From: Clostridia bacterium
Lineage (GTDB): Bacteria; Bacillota; Clostridia; Oscillospirales; CAG-272
NCBI GenBank assembly: GCA_017938885.1
Contig: JAGBAS010000022.1
Location: 1 to 60,143 of the forward strand
DNA: 60,143 nt
Direction of reading: 5' to 3'
The notes below the pieces were generated by a model, which worked only from the letters and a program-made list of their open reading frames with translations, had not been told where the DNA came from and searched no databases. Both the position numbers and the translations under genes were made by a program. Below, one piece after another: positions 1-9,129 of the stretch (position 1 is its first letter; each line of letters begins with the position of its first letter).

Positions 1-111
1 CCGGGAGGGAGCTCCCGCCCTCAGGCGGGTGAGGGAGAACGCGCACAGAAAAATATTCGTTTTCTTTCGGGGAACAAACTCACCGATAAACCCAAATTTG
101 AAATCAAGCCC

Positions 112-140
112 TTGACTTTTCCCCCTACATGTGCTATAAT
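112..140 (+). promoter_or_regulatory. sigma-A-type promoter upstream of asnA
   Basis: TTGACT (112-117), 17-nt spacer, TGcTATAAT extended -10 (132-140). It lies ~40 nt upstream of the AAGGAGG RBS and the ATG at 182. Confidence 0.5.
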
Positions 141-181
141 ATCCCCATCTATTGTCACCGTCCCCAAGGAGGGAGCCCCCC

Positions 182-1192
182 ATGAACAAATGCTACATCC
201 CCGCAGGCTATAAGCCCGTGCTGGACGCCTACGACACCCAGCGCGCCATTTCCTATATCAAGGTCCACTTCCAGACCGAGTTCCAGAACGCCCTGAACCT
301 CAAGCGCGTCTCGGCACCCCTGTTCGTCACCGATGCGTCGGGTCTGAACGATAACCTCAACGGCTACGAGCGCCCCGTCTCCTTCGACGTCCCCGCCATC
401 GGCGCCGAGGCCGAGGTGGTCCACTCTCTGGCTAAATGGAAACGCCTGGCCCTGAAGCGCTACGGCTTCACCGTGGGACACGGCCTCTACACCGATATGA
501 ACGCCATCCGCCGCGATGAGGAGCTGGACAACATCCACTCCATCTATGTGGATCAGTGGGACTGGGAGAAGATCATCACCCCCGAGACCCGCACCATCGA
601 CTACCTCCAGCTCATCGTCCGCGCCATCGTCCGTGCCATTTGTGATACCAACGATCAACTCCGCGTCCGCTTCCCCCAGCTCACCACCAAGCTGGAGCGG
701 GACGTCACCTTCATCACTTCACAGGAGCTGGAGGATCTGTATCCCGACCTCAAAACCGGCTCCGAACGGGAGAAGGCCTTCGTAAGGGAGCACCACACCG
801 CCTTCATCATGCAGATCGGCGGCAAGCTGAGATCGGGCAACCGCCACGACGGCCGCGCCCCCGACTACGATGACTGGCAGCTCAACGGCGACCTCTTCTT
901 CTGGGATGAGGTGCTGGGCCGCGCCCTGGAGATCTCCTCCATGGGTATCCGCGTAGATGCGGAATCTCTGGATCGCCAGCTCACGATTTCGGGCTGTGAC
1001 GACCGCAGAAGCCTGCCTTTCCACAAGATGCTTCTGAATAACGAACTGCCCTTGACCATCGGCGGCGGTATCGGTCAGTCCCGTCTCTGTATGCTCATGA
1101 TGGGCTGCTGCCACATCGGCGAGGTCCAGTCCTCCATCTGGGACACCGAAACCGTGGCCGCCTGCGAAGCCGCCGGCGTGCCGCTTCTCTGA
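182..1192 (+). CDS. asnA: aspartate--ammonia ligase (asparagine synthetase A)
   Basis: The ORF 152..1192 matches AsnA along its full length (VHSLAKWKR, YVDQWDWE, SSMGIRVD, GGGIGQSRL). I chose the internal ATG at 182 because AAGGAGG precedes it, giving 336 aa. Confidence 0.9.
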   Translation: MNKCYIPAGYKPVLDAYDTQRAISYIKVHFQTEFQNALNLKRVSAPLFVTDASGLNDNLNGYERPVSFDVPAIGAEAEVVHSLAKWKRLALKRYGFTVGHGLYTDMNAIRRDEELDNIHSIYVDQWDWEKIITPETRTIDYLQLIVRAIVRAICDTNDQLRVRFPQLTTKLERDVTFITSQELEDLYPDLKTGSEREKAFVREHHTAFIMQIGGKLRSGNRHDGRAPDYDDWQLNGDLFFWDEVLGRALEISSMGIRVDAESLDRQLTISGCDDRRSLPFHKMLLNNELPLTIGGGIGQSRLCMLMMGCCHIGEVQSSIWDTETVAACEAAGVPLL

Positions 1193-1255
1193 GTCGTATC
1201 GCAAAATATCTAAAAACTTTTTTTCCCGGAACCGCATATTTATTCAACAAAAATA

Positions 1256-1284
1256 TTGCAAAATCCCCCCGAAAGTGCTATAAT
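1256..1284 (+). promoter_or_regulatory. sigma-A-type promoter upstream of purC
   Basis: TTGCAA (1256-1261), 17-nt spacer, TGcTATAAT (1276-1284). Confidence 0.5.
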
Positions 1285-1373
1285 GATTGAGTAAGATTCA
1301 AAAGCCCTCAGGCGGCCAACGCCGTCGGTGTGTCCACGAATCATCATGAATTTTTTGCTAAAGGAGCAAGATT

Positions 1374-2075
1374 ATGAAGAAGATTTACGCAGGCAAGACC
1401 AAGGACGTGTACGAGCTGGAAAACGGAAACGTTCTCCTCAAGTTCAAGGACGACTGCACCGGTAAGGACGGCGTGTTCGATCCCGGTGAGAATTCTGTGG
1501 GACTCACCATCGAGGGTATCGGTAAGGCCAATCTCCAGACCTCGGTCTACTACTTCGAGATGCTCAAGGCCGCAGGCATCAAGACCCACTACATCTCCGC
1601 CGACGTGGAGAACGCTACCATGGAGGTCCTGCCCGCGCAGAACTTCGGTAAGGCACAGGGCGGTAACGGCCTGGAGGTCATCTGCCGTCTGGTTGCCACC
1701 GGCAGCTTCATCCGCCGCTACGGCGAGTACATCAAGAACGGTACCCGCATCGAGGGCGGCTACGTGGAGTGCACCTTCAAGAACGACGAGAAGGGCGATC
1801 CCCTGGTCACCGGCGAGGGCCTGGCCGTGCTGGGCGTCATGACTCCCGAGATGTTCGAGACCATGAAGAAGCAGACCATCGCTATCACCAAGATCGTCGC
1901 TGACGACCTCAAGACTATCGGCCTGGATCTCTGGGACATCAAGTTTGAGTTCGGCTACACCAAGGACGGCGAGGTGGTGCTGATCGACGAGATCGCCTCG
2001 GGCAATATGCGCGTCTACAAGGGTGACACCATCGTCGAGCCCGTAGAACTGACAAAGCTCATTCTGAACAGATAA
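1374..2075 (+). CDS. purC: phosphoribosylaminoimidazole-succinocarboxamide (SAICAR) synthase
   Basis: 233 aa. The N-terminus [14 protein letters not shown]...KDD.TGKDG and the C-terminal LIDEI.SGNMR are typical of PurC. An AAGGAG RBS precedes the start. Confidence 0.9.
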   Translation: MKKIYAGKTKDVYELENGNVLLKFKDDCTGKDGVFDPGENSVGLTIEGIGKANLQTSVYYFEMLKAAGIKTHYISADVENATMEVLPAQNFGKAQGGNGLEVICRLVATGSFIRRYGEYIKNGTRIEGGYVECTFKNDEKGDPLVTGEGLAVLGVMTPEMFETMKKQTIAITKIVADDLKTIGLDLWDIKFEFGYTKDGEVVLIDEIASGNMRVYKGDTIVEPVELTKLILNR

Positions 2076-2121
2076 TTTTTACAAAAATGACTTCGGAGCC
2101 ATGCACCGAAGGACAGATTTC

Positions 2122-2171
2122 AAGAATACGGTATATCTCGAAAGAGGTGTGCCGTATTCTTGCTTTTGTTT
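2122..2171 (+). terminator. intrinsic terminator after purC
   Basis: Stem AAGAATACGG (2122-2131) pairs with CCGTATTCTT (2152-2161), followed by GCTTTTGTTTT. Confidence 0.55.
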
Positions 2172-2238
2172 TACGGGCTCATACGGAAGCACCAAAGAAT
2201 GAGGTCTTACCTCATGTCCAAGAAACGTATGCCGCATC

Positions 2239-2268
2239 AAAAATCCCCCACGGAATCCACCGTGGGGG
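2239..2268 (-). terminator. intrinsic terminator after the metallophosphoesterase gene
   Basis: Stem CCCCCACGG (2245-2253) pairs with CCGTGGGGG (2260-2268). The A-run at 2239-2243 gives a U-tract on the minus strand. Confidence 0.5.
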
Positions 2269-2282
2269 AGGGAAGAACGGAA

Positions 2283-4181
2283 TCAGTCCTTTCTGCGCTT
2301 GAGCAGAAGAACGCCTGCAAGAATCAGTACAAGCAGAGACGAGAAGGAGATGAGCGCGCCGCACCCGCTTCCGCCGGAAGGCTTTGTGTCGGTTGCATCT
2401 GAAACGGGAGAGGTCATCGAAGGGGTCTGCTCGGCGGAGGTTTCTGCGGTGTCGGGGATAGAGACCGTGTCCTCAGAGGTACCGTCAGGCTCAGAGGCGG
2501 CGGTCGTTTCTTCGGGGGTCGTTTCCTCTGCGGGCTCCTTGAGCATGATGCAGTATTGAGCTGAAGGGATCCATTCGCCGGCTGAAAAATCCCGTCCCAG
2601 AATGTAGAGGCGGTCGTCATACAGCTTTACCATATAGCCTTGGCTTCCGTTCAGATGCTCGCCCGAGACAATGTTATAGCCCGACCACAAATAGCCAACG
2701 GATGCGCAGTTGAATATGCGGCAGGGAAGCTTGCTGTCTCCTTCGAACATATTGCCTACGGAATCCATGGTCCAGTGGCTGTGGCCGTTGAAGAACATGA
2801 CCTCAGGGTATTTCTTCAGCACGTTTTTCAGCATTCCTTCGTTGTCAACGCCGCTCCATCCTTCGCCGGGGAGAGAACCCGATACGGTATTGGAGATGGA
2901 CTGATGAAGGAACAGGAAGACGGGACGCTCGGGATCGCGGTTCTCGCTGATCGCTTCGTCCAGCCAAGTCATGGTATCGCGGGTAAAGGAGGAATGAAGA
3001 CCTGTAGCGTGATCGGTCCCCAGGAATATAAAGTGGTAACCGTTCAACCAGAAATCATAGCTGGTATCGGTGGGGTGGGAGCCGTCGGGCAGGGTAGCGT
3101 ATTTCAGGAACATTTCGTTGGCCTGGTCGAAGGGAAGCCCCGATAGATCGTGGTTACCGATGGCCAGAAACAAAGGAGGCACCTTACCGGCATTTTCATA
3201 GAGCTGGAGCATATTCTTGTATTCCTGCTCATTGCCCGTATCGGCCATATCCCCCACCACGAAAATACCCAGCGCGTCAGCATTGAGGGAGGCTACATCC
3301 TCCAGCATATGGCTGAAATTCTTGTTGTGAACGTGAGCCTGATTGAGAGTAATATGGATATCGCTCATGATAAAAAGCTCTGCATTGGAGGCAACACCGG
3401 GGTTCTTGTGAGCCGCGCCCTCCGGGAGATCAATGGAAACGCAGGAAGCAGAAACCGCACCGCTTGTGTTGTTCATAGCGTACACCAGAAGGCGTGTCGC
3501 GCTGGCGGGAATCATGATATGCTTTCCAAAGGTGAAGCTGGTGGTTTCTCCCGTAACCTTAAATTTGGCCAGGGAGGTATAGCCGGGAAGCTTGCCGTTT
3601 GCATCCGCCCAGTACATGACGATACTGCGGTTCTTGGTCTCGCTCATGGGCATCTTGACGGTTACGGTACCCGTAGCAAAGCCGTCGGAGTCATGCTCCA
3701 ATTTGTACGAAGCCGACGTAGGAGCGGAGACACCGGTATCTGGCTCCGCGCCGTCGCCTACCGTGATGGTGGTCATAGCGATACAATTGGAAAAATCGGA
3801 GGAATCGTTGGCCATGAGACGGATGATGTAGGTGCCTGCGGGAATATCTACCGGCTCTCCGGCGTTGACGTCGGGAACCGTGCGCATATTGACCGCGACG
3901 CCCGAGCCGGGGCCGCCTCTTGCGGTATCGATGTAAGTCCAACGGATGGAATGGGGCGCACCTACACGGTAGATGCCCAACCAATCGGTACCCGAGCCAA
4001 CACCGGAAACCATGATCGCCTCTCCTTCGGCATAGGCAGACTTGTCTACGGTCAAGCGGGTAGCGTCGCCTTCAATGACAGGCTCTTCGGCCGAGGCGGA
4101 AAAGGGAAGCGCAAACAGGGCGGATAACAAAAGAAACAGACAAAGTGAAACAGCTGAAAGCTTGAGGATCAGTTTTTTCAC
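2283..4181 (-). CDS. secreted calcineurin-like metallophosphoesterase with C-terminal membrane-anchor/sorting tail
   Basis: Signal peptide (KKLILKLSAVSLCLFLLLSALFALPFSASA). Metallophosphoesterase motifs are present (SDIHIT, GDMADTG, GNHD, GHSH). A Thr/Ser/Pro-rich linker leads to a GGSGCGA-TM-KRRKD tail. A GTG start at 4181 is preferred because AAAGGAG lies 8 nt upstream. Confidence 0.8.
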   Translation of the reverse strand: MKKLILKLSAVSLCLFLLLSALFALPFSASAEEPVIEGDATRLTVDKSAYAEGEAIMVSGVGSGTDWLGIYRVGAPHSIRWTYIDTARGGPGSGVAVNMRTVPDVNAGEPVDIPAGTYIIRLMANDSSDFSNCIAMTTITVGDGAEPDTGVSAPTSASYKLEHDSDGFATGTVTVKMPMSETKNRSIVMYWADANGKLPGYTSLAKFKVTGETTSFTFGKHIMIPASATRLLVYAMNNTSGAVSASCVSIDLPEGAAHKNPGVASNAELFIMSDIHITLNQAHVHNKNFSHMLEDVASLNADALGIFVVGDMADTGNEQEYKNMLQLYENAGKVPPLFLAIGNHDLSGLPFDQANEMFLKYATLPDGSHPTDTSYDFWLNGYHFIFLGTDHATGLHSSFTRDTMTWLDEAISENRDPERPVFLFLHQSISNTVSGSLPGEGWSGVDNEGMLKNVLKKYPEVMFFNGHSHWTMDSVGNMFEGDSKLPCRIFNCASVGYLWSGYNIVSGEHLNGSQGYMVKLYDDRLYILGRDFSAGEWIPSAQYCIMLKEPAEETTPEETTAASEPDGTSEDTVSIPDTAETSAEQTPSMTSPVSDATDTKPSGGSGCGALISFSSLLVLILAGVLLLKRRKD

Positions 4182-4312
4182 GGTGGTTCTCCTTTCGGTG
4201 GTGATTGGTTTTATTATACTACGCCAATGCTGTTTTGTCAATGTAATTTATGAGATTTTCCCCACATTCGCAGGGATCCGCATTGGAAACCCCTAAAAAA
4301 TATGGCTCCCCG

Positions 4313-5098
4313 TCACCGGGAAGCCATGGGGGGATCGGATTTCGGATCATCGTCGTGGGGGATTGTGGGAATCTCCCGAGAAACCGCTCGCTTTTCAGCG
4401 TGCTTGCGGCTGAAAATCCGGTAAACGAGCAAGCCACATCCGCTGACGGCCGCCGTAGCAATAATAAAGATTACCGCCATGCGGTAGTCCCGTGTACCAA
4501 CGGCATCCCCGCTGAGCGTAGACAGGATCACGGAAGGGAAACGTGCCGCCGTCGTCAGGGCAATATAGAGAGGAATGCTCATATCGGTCAGTCCGATCGC
4601 ATAGGTGAAGAGATCCTTGGGCGTGCCCGGAATGACGAACAAAAGAAAGGTCAGAAGATTTCGCTTGGGCGGATCGCCAATGATGGGAAGGGCATCGATC
4701 TTTTCCTTGGGGTAGAAGGCGTAGACCAAACGTGAGCCGAACCGTCTTACCAAAAGAATGGTGGTACAGCTTCCCAACACGATTCCTGCCAGGCAAAGAA
4801 GAGAACCAGCCCAGCTTCCGAAAACGTACCCTGCGGCAATTTCCACGAATTCCCCCGGTATGAGCGCAACAATGACCTGCACGGCCGAAATCAGCACCAT
4901 GGAAACCGCCCCCAACAAGTAATGGTCGCCAATAGCTTCCCGTATACGCTCAGGCTCCTGAATATATTCCCGCATAAGCCAGATGCCCAGCACAGTCAAG
5001 GACAGGAAAATCGCCGAGACAATACCCAAAATGACCGAAGCGCGGCTCTTTTGAATGGGAATGCAGGGAGTTCCTTTCCGTTTCTTGTTCGGCTTCAT
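4313..5098 (-). CDS. DedA/TVP38-TMEM64 (VTT domain) family membrane protein
   Basis: Polytopic membrane protein with the motif block PGEFVEIAAGYVFG...LGSCTTILLVRRFG...VIPGTPKDL typical of the family. It lies last in the RR-HK operon. Confidence 0.75.
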   Translation of the reverse strand: MKPNKKRKGTPCIPIQKSRASVILGIVSAIFLSLTVLGIWLMREYIQEPERIREAIGDHYLLGAVSMVLISAVQVIVALIPGEFVEIAAGYVFGSWAGSLLCLAGIVLGSCTTILLVRRFGSRLVYAFYPKEKIDALPIIGDPPKRNLLTFLLFVIPGTPKDLFTYAIGLTDMSIPLYIALTTAARFPSVILSTLSGDAVGTRDYRMAVIFIIATAAVSGCGLLVYRIFSRKHAEKRAVSREIPTIPHDDDPKSDPPMASR

Positions 5099-5122
5099 GC
5101 CTGCTTGTCTCCTTTTCGTGGA

Positions 5123-6247
5123 TTATGATTCAAATTCCTTGACGTCAGCGTATGCAGGAACCGTAACGGGCAAGCTGACGGTGAAGGTGCTTCCGCGCCC
5201 TACCTCACTTTGTACCTGTATGGAGCCCTTGCAGAGGTAAAGAATGCGGCTGACGATATTCAGTCCGATGCCGTTGCCAGCTCCCGTATGGGAGGTGTCG
5301 CCCTGATAAAATTTATCGAAGATATGCTGTCGGGTCTCCTCGCTCATGCCGATTCCCGTGTCGGATACCGTAACCGTAACGGTATGCTCATCGGCCCGCA
5401 GGGTACAGGAAATGGTTCCGCCCTCGGGAGTGAATTTAATGGCGTTACTGAACAGATTCAGCCAGAGCTGAGAGAGCATATCTTCATTGAAGCGGTATCT
5501 GACCTCGTCAAGATCAATATTCAACTCGATTTCCTTGGAAGCCCATTGCTTTTCCAAAAGCACGAGGCAGGTACGAAGCTGTTCGTCTAGATAGAATTCT
5601 GTCTTATCTGTAACGATTGCCTGATTTTCCAACTTGGAAAGCAGAAGAATATTGGTAGCCATCTTGGCCAAACGGTCGGATTCAGCGGCGATGATGCGGA
5701 TGTATTCTCGTTCTTCTACGGGGGAAAGCCCCCCTGCCTGGAGCTGATGGGCAAAGCCCTGGATGGAGACGATGGGGGTTTTGAATTCGTGGGAAAAATT
5801 GTTGATGAAGTCCTTTCGGAACATCTCGATCCCGTCCAGCTCGGCGGCCATGTGATTGAAGGAACGTTGCAGGATACCGAAATCGGATTTTTCGTCAAAG
5901 GTTTCTTGGATATGCACCTTGAAATCCCCCTTGGAGATGCGTTCGGTGGCTTCGATCATCTCGCTGAGGGGGGACAGCACCCATTTGGTGAAGATGGCCG
6001 CAGCCGCCGTCCCGATGATGGTACAGGCAATGAGGGTGGATGCGCTGGAGGCGAGGCCGTTAAAGCTTTTGAACGCGGGAAAGAATATTTGCAGTAGAAT
6101 GTAGACCAAGACCGTGAAGACCGACGTAAGAAACATCAGGGAGAATACGATCACCGTAAGCTCAACCCGAAAGGACTTGATCCCCAAGCGTCCTCTGAGC
6201 TTACGGCGGGGATGCCCCCCCCTCCGGGAGTCGCGCGGAAGCCTCAT
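5123..6247 (-). CDS. sensor histidine kinase (two TM, HAMP, HisKA, HATPase_c)
   Basis: H-box FSHEFKTP, N-box NLFSNAIKFT, G-boxes DTGIGM and GNGIGL. Its start overlaps the response-regulator stop by 4 nt. Confidence 0.85.
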   Translation of the reverse strand: MRLPRDSRRGGHPRRKLRGRLGIKSFRVELTVIVFSLMFLTSVFTVLVYILLQIFFPAFKSFNGLASSASTLIACTIIGTAAAAIFTKWVLSPLSEMIEATERISKGDFKVHIQETFDEKSDFGILQRSFNHMAAELDGIEMFRKDFINNFSHEFKTPIVSIQGFAHQLQAGGLSPVEEREYIRIIAAESDRLAKMATNILLLSKLENQAIVTDKTEFYLDEQLRTCLVLLEKQWASKEIELNIDLDEVRYRFNEDMLSQLWLNLFSNAIKFTPEGGTISCTLRADEHTVTVTVSDTGIGMSEETRQHIFDKFYQGDTSHTGAGNGIGLNIVSRILYLCKGSIQVQSEVGRGSTFTVSLPVTVPAYADVKEFES

Positions 6248-6936
6248 CTGAGGTAAACGGCCTTATACCCCAGACCGCGCACCGTGATGATCTCAAAGTC
6301 CCGATTCCCTCTGAAGCGATCCCGCAAACGGCTGATGTGTACGTCAACGGTTCGCTCGTCGGAATCGGAATCCATATCCCAGATCTCGTCCATAAGCTGA
6401 CGGCGGGTGAAGATCTTGTTGGGATAGGACAAAAGCTTGAAGAGAAGGAGAAATTCCTTCTGAGGCAGCTCCAAGCCTCCCGCCGCTCCTAAAGCTTCTC
6501 CGTCGGTGCGGACGGTGAGGGAATCGTAGTACAGGACGGTGGAGCCCACGACAAGCTTCCGCTCGCTGACGATGCGGGAGCGGCGAAGCAGAGCGGCGAT
6601 CCGCAGGATCATTTCCTCCTCGTCCACGGGCTTGGTCATGTAGTCGTCGGTACCGATGATAAAGCCCCGATGCTTATCGGCGGGAGTTTCCTTAGCCGTA
6701 ACCATCAGAATGGGAAGGGTATTCCCACCCTCGCGCAGAATATGCGTGAACTCATACCCATCCATCTTGGGCATCATAATATCCAGAATAATGAGGTCCA
6801 CGTGCTTTTTGTCCAGCTGCTCCAGGGCATCCACACCGTCGGTGGCGGGAATGGGGTGATACCCGTATCGTTCCAGAACGGCGCACATGAGACGCCTCGT
6901 GTTGAAATCGTCCTCAACGACAAGAATGTTGAACAT
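6244..6936 (-). CDS. OmpR/PhoB-family response regulator
   Basis: Receiver domain (ILVVEDD, LIILDIMMPKMDG, TAK) followed by a winged-helix output domain (VDVHISRLR...RGLGY). Confidence 0.9.
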   Translation of the reverse strand: MFNILVVEDDFNTRRLMCAVLERYGYHPIPATDGVDALEQLDKKHVDLIILDIMMPKMDGYEFTHILREGGNTLPILMVTAKETPADKHRGFIIGTDDYMTKPVDEEEMILRIAALLRRSRIVSERKLVVGSTVLYYDSLTVRTDGEALGAAGGLELPQKEFLLLFKLLSYPNKIFTRRQLMDEIWDMDSDSDERTVDVHISRLRDRFRGNRDFEIITVRGLGYKAVYLR

Positions 6937-7045
6937 AGTCTATCCTTTCTTCCGCATAGCGGCGAAGTATGTTTTTTTTCTATCTGTATTATACGCCCCA
7001 TTTGCAAACTCAATATGAATACCGCGTAACATTGTTTCAAAAACC

Positions 7046-7074
7046 TTGACAGACACGATAATATGGTGTATAAT
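7046..7074 (+). promoter_or_regulatory. sigma-A-type promoter upstream of the DUF2079 gene
   Basis: TTGACA (7046-7051), 17-nt spacer, TATAAT (7069-7074). Confidence 0.45.
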
Positions 7075-7160
7075 TAAGTGATTGTAATTTTTTGAAATAT
7101 AGGTATCATATTCTGACGGATTTGTCGTCTTATACAGTAAAACAAGAAAGTGAGAACCCC

Positions 7161-9107
7161 ATGAAACCGAAACACAATGAAACGGGCTCCCGGCTGAAGG
7201 CCGTACTGACCATGGAGCGCAACATCTGCCGCCTCATTGCGGCCTGGAGCTTATATGCACTCATCATTCTGCTCCATACCGAAGGAGATTTCTACGATCT
7301 CTCCTTCGCCCAGGACGCAAGCCTCGGCGTAATGCTCATAGTCATCGCCGCGCTGTTCTGCTTCATGACCGCCTTCGCCGCAATTCTGCAAGGGTACGAG
7401 ACCGATTCCTGGTTCCTGCTTCTGGGCGCGACTGGGTGCGCGCTCCGTTGGGTGAGTACCTTTGAAACCGATATTAGTTACAAGATCGACGGTTGGAGCT
7501 ATGCGATGAATTCCGACAACACGTTATTTTTGCTGGCGGTCATTTTCGCTTATTTTCTCTTCATCTTGTATTTCCTCCAAAAGAACGACCTGCTCCTGGA
7601 CAGACTCAAGCTTCATTCGGGAGTTGCCATTGGGATCGTTTCGGCCTTGGGGCTTACCAGCGCGGTGGTCATATCCGTCACCACCTGTACGCGCTACCTG
7701 ACCTTCACCTCTCCCAACTTCGATTTCGGTCTCTTTGTCAATATGTACCATAACATGACCGAAACGGGTCTTCCTCTCATCTCCTCCGAACGAGACGTCT
7801 TGCTCTCCCACTTCGTGGTGCACCTCTCCCCCATCTACTACCTGCTGCTCCCCGTCTATGCCATCTTCCCCTCGGCCATGACCCTCCAGATCTGCCAGGC
7901 CGTCCTGGTGGCCTCGGGCATCATCCCCGCCGTTCTTCTTGCCCGTCACTATAAGCTGTCAAACCTTACCCAGGTGGTCATCGCCCTCATCTACGCCGCC
8001 TATCCTGCCATTTCTATGGGCTGCTTCTACGACTTTCACGAGAACTGCTTCCTCCTCCCCCTGCTCATGTGGGTATTCTACTTTTTCGAGAAGGAAAAGT
8101 ATCTCTGGATGTACGTTTTCGCATTCCTGACCCTCATGGTCAAGGAGGACGCCGCCATCTACGTGATCTTCTTCGCCATTTATTTGATCCTCTCCCGAAA
8201 GAAATATCTGCACGGCATCCTGCTCGCCCTGGCCTCCGCCGCCTACTTCCTGATTGCCTTGGCCATCCTGGAGGGCTCCGCTGCCTACTGGGCGGATTTC
8301 TACGCGACGGATACCCCTCGCCCCTCCATCGCAGGCCCCATGGTCAATCGATTTGACAATTTGATCTACGATAAGGATAAGGGATTGCTGGGGGCGATCC
8401 TCACGGCCCTCAAAAATCCCGGCTATCTTCTGACCCAGTTCTTCTCGACCGAAAAAGCAACGCTGGATTCCTTCTTCGTAGAACGCTCGCCTTGGGCCAA
8501 GGTCGTCTATATGATCCAGATGCTTCTCCCCGTCGGCATGATTCCTTTCGTAACCAAAAAACAGTCCCGTTGGTTGCTCATGGCACCCATCCTGCTCAAC
8601 GTGCTGACCACCTACAAATACCAGTACAGCATCAATTTCCAGTATCATTTCGGCATTACGGCATTCCTGATGTACGCCATGATCCTCAATCTCCCCGATA
8701 TTCAGCCCATCCCCCGCCGCAGACTGCTGGCTTTGGGCGCGGCGGCCTCCTGCTGTATGTATATCTTCATCGTCATTCCCAGGTATAACCAGTATACGGA
8801 CGCCTGGGAGAGGGGGAAAGACCGCTACCAAGCCATCGAAGCCATGCTGGATACTTTGCCCGAGGATGCCTCTGCCTGCGTGCCCGGAAGCTACGTGGCC
8901 CATTGCGCCGACCGTCGTGAGGTATACGAGCATTCCTATCATGTAATGAGCGGAAGCAACATCCATCTCAAGGAGCACGACGTGGACTACGCCGTCTGCC
9001 GCAACGGCACGGACGACAAGTACCGCAAGGTTTTTGAAGAATACGGCTATACCGTCTGGGCAGAGTTCGACGGTCACGTGATCCTGAAAAGCCCACACGT
9101 CAACTAA
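7161..9107 (+). CDS. DUF2079-family polytopic membrane protein
   Basis: Multi-TM protein with the DUF2079-like block NFDFGLF...HFVVHLSPIYYLLLP. The ATG at 7161 is preferred over the TTG at 7092. Confidence 0.65.
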   Translation: MKPKHNETGSRLKAVLTMERNICRLIAAWSLYALIILLHTEGDFYDLSFAQDASLGVMLIVIAALFCFMTAFAAILQGYETDSWFLLLGATGCALRWVSTFETDISYKIDGWSYAMNSDNTLFLLAVIFAYFLFILYFLQKNDLLLDRLKLHSGVAIGIVSALGLTSAVVISVTTCTRYLTFTSPNFDFGLFVNMYHNMTETGLPLISSERDVLLSHFVVHLSPIYYLLLPVYAIFPSAMTLQICQAVLVASGIIPAVLLARHYKLSNLTQVVIALIYAAYPAISMGCFYDFHENCFLLPLLMWVFYFFEKEKYLWMYVFAFLTLMVKEDAAIYVIFFAIYLILSRKKYLHGILLALASAAYFLIALAILEGSAAYWADFYATDTPRPSIAGPMVNRFDNLIYDKDKGLLGAILTALKNPGYLLTQFFSTEKATLDSFFVERSPWAKVVYMIQMLLPVGMIPFVTKKQSRWLLMAPILLNVLTTYKYQYSINFQYHFGITAFLMYAMILNLPDIQPIPRRRLLALGAAASCCMYIFIVIPRYNQYTDAWERGKDRYQAIEAMLDTLPEDASACVPGSYVAHCADRREVYEHSYHVMSGSNIHLKEHDVDYAVCRNGTDDKYRKVFEEYGYTVWAEFDGHVILKSPHVN

Positions 9108-9129
9108 TTAAACTCTGGAGATACTGAAT

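Noticed and set aside
1285-1373. Purine or ZTP riboswitch in the purC leader.
   Set aside because: The leader is only ~85 nt and lacks the conserved purine-aptamer loops and the ZTP CCGCCUGGGC element in the correct orientation. No terminator hairpin precedes the RBS.
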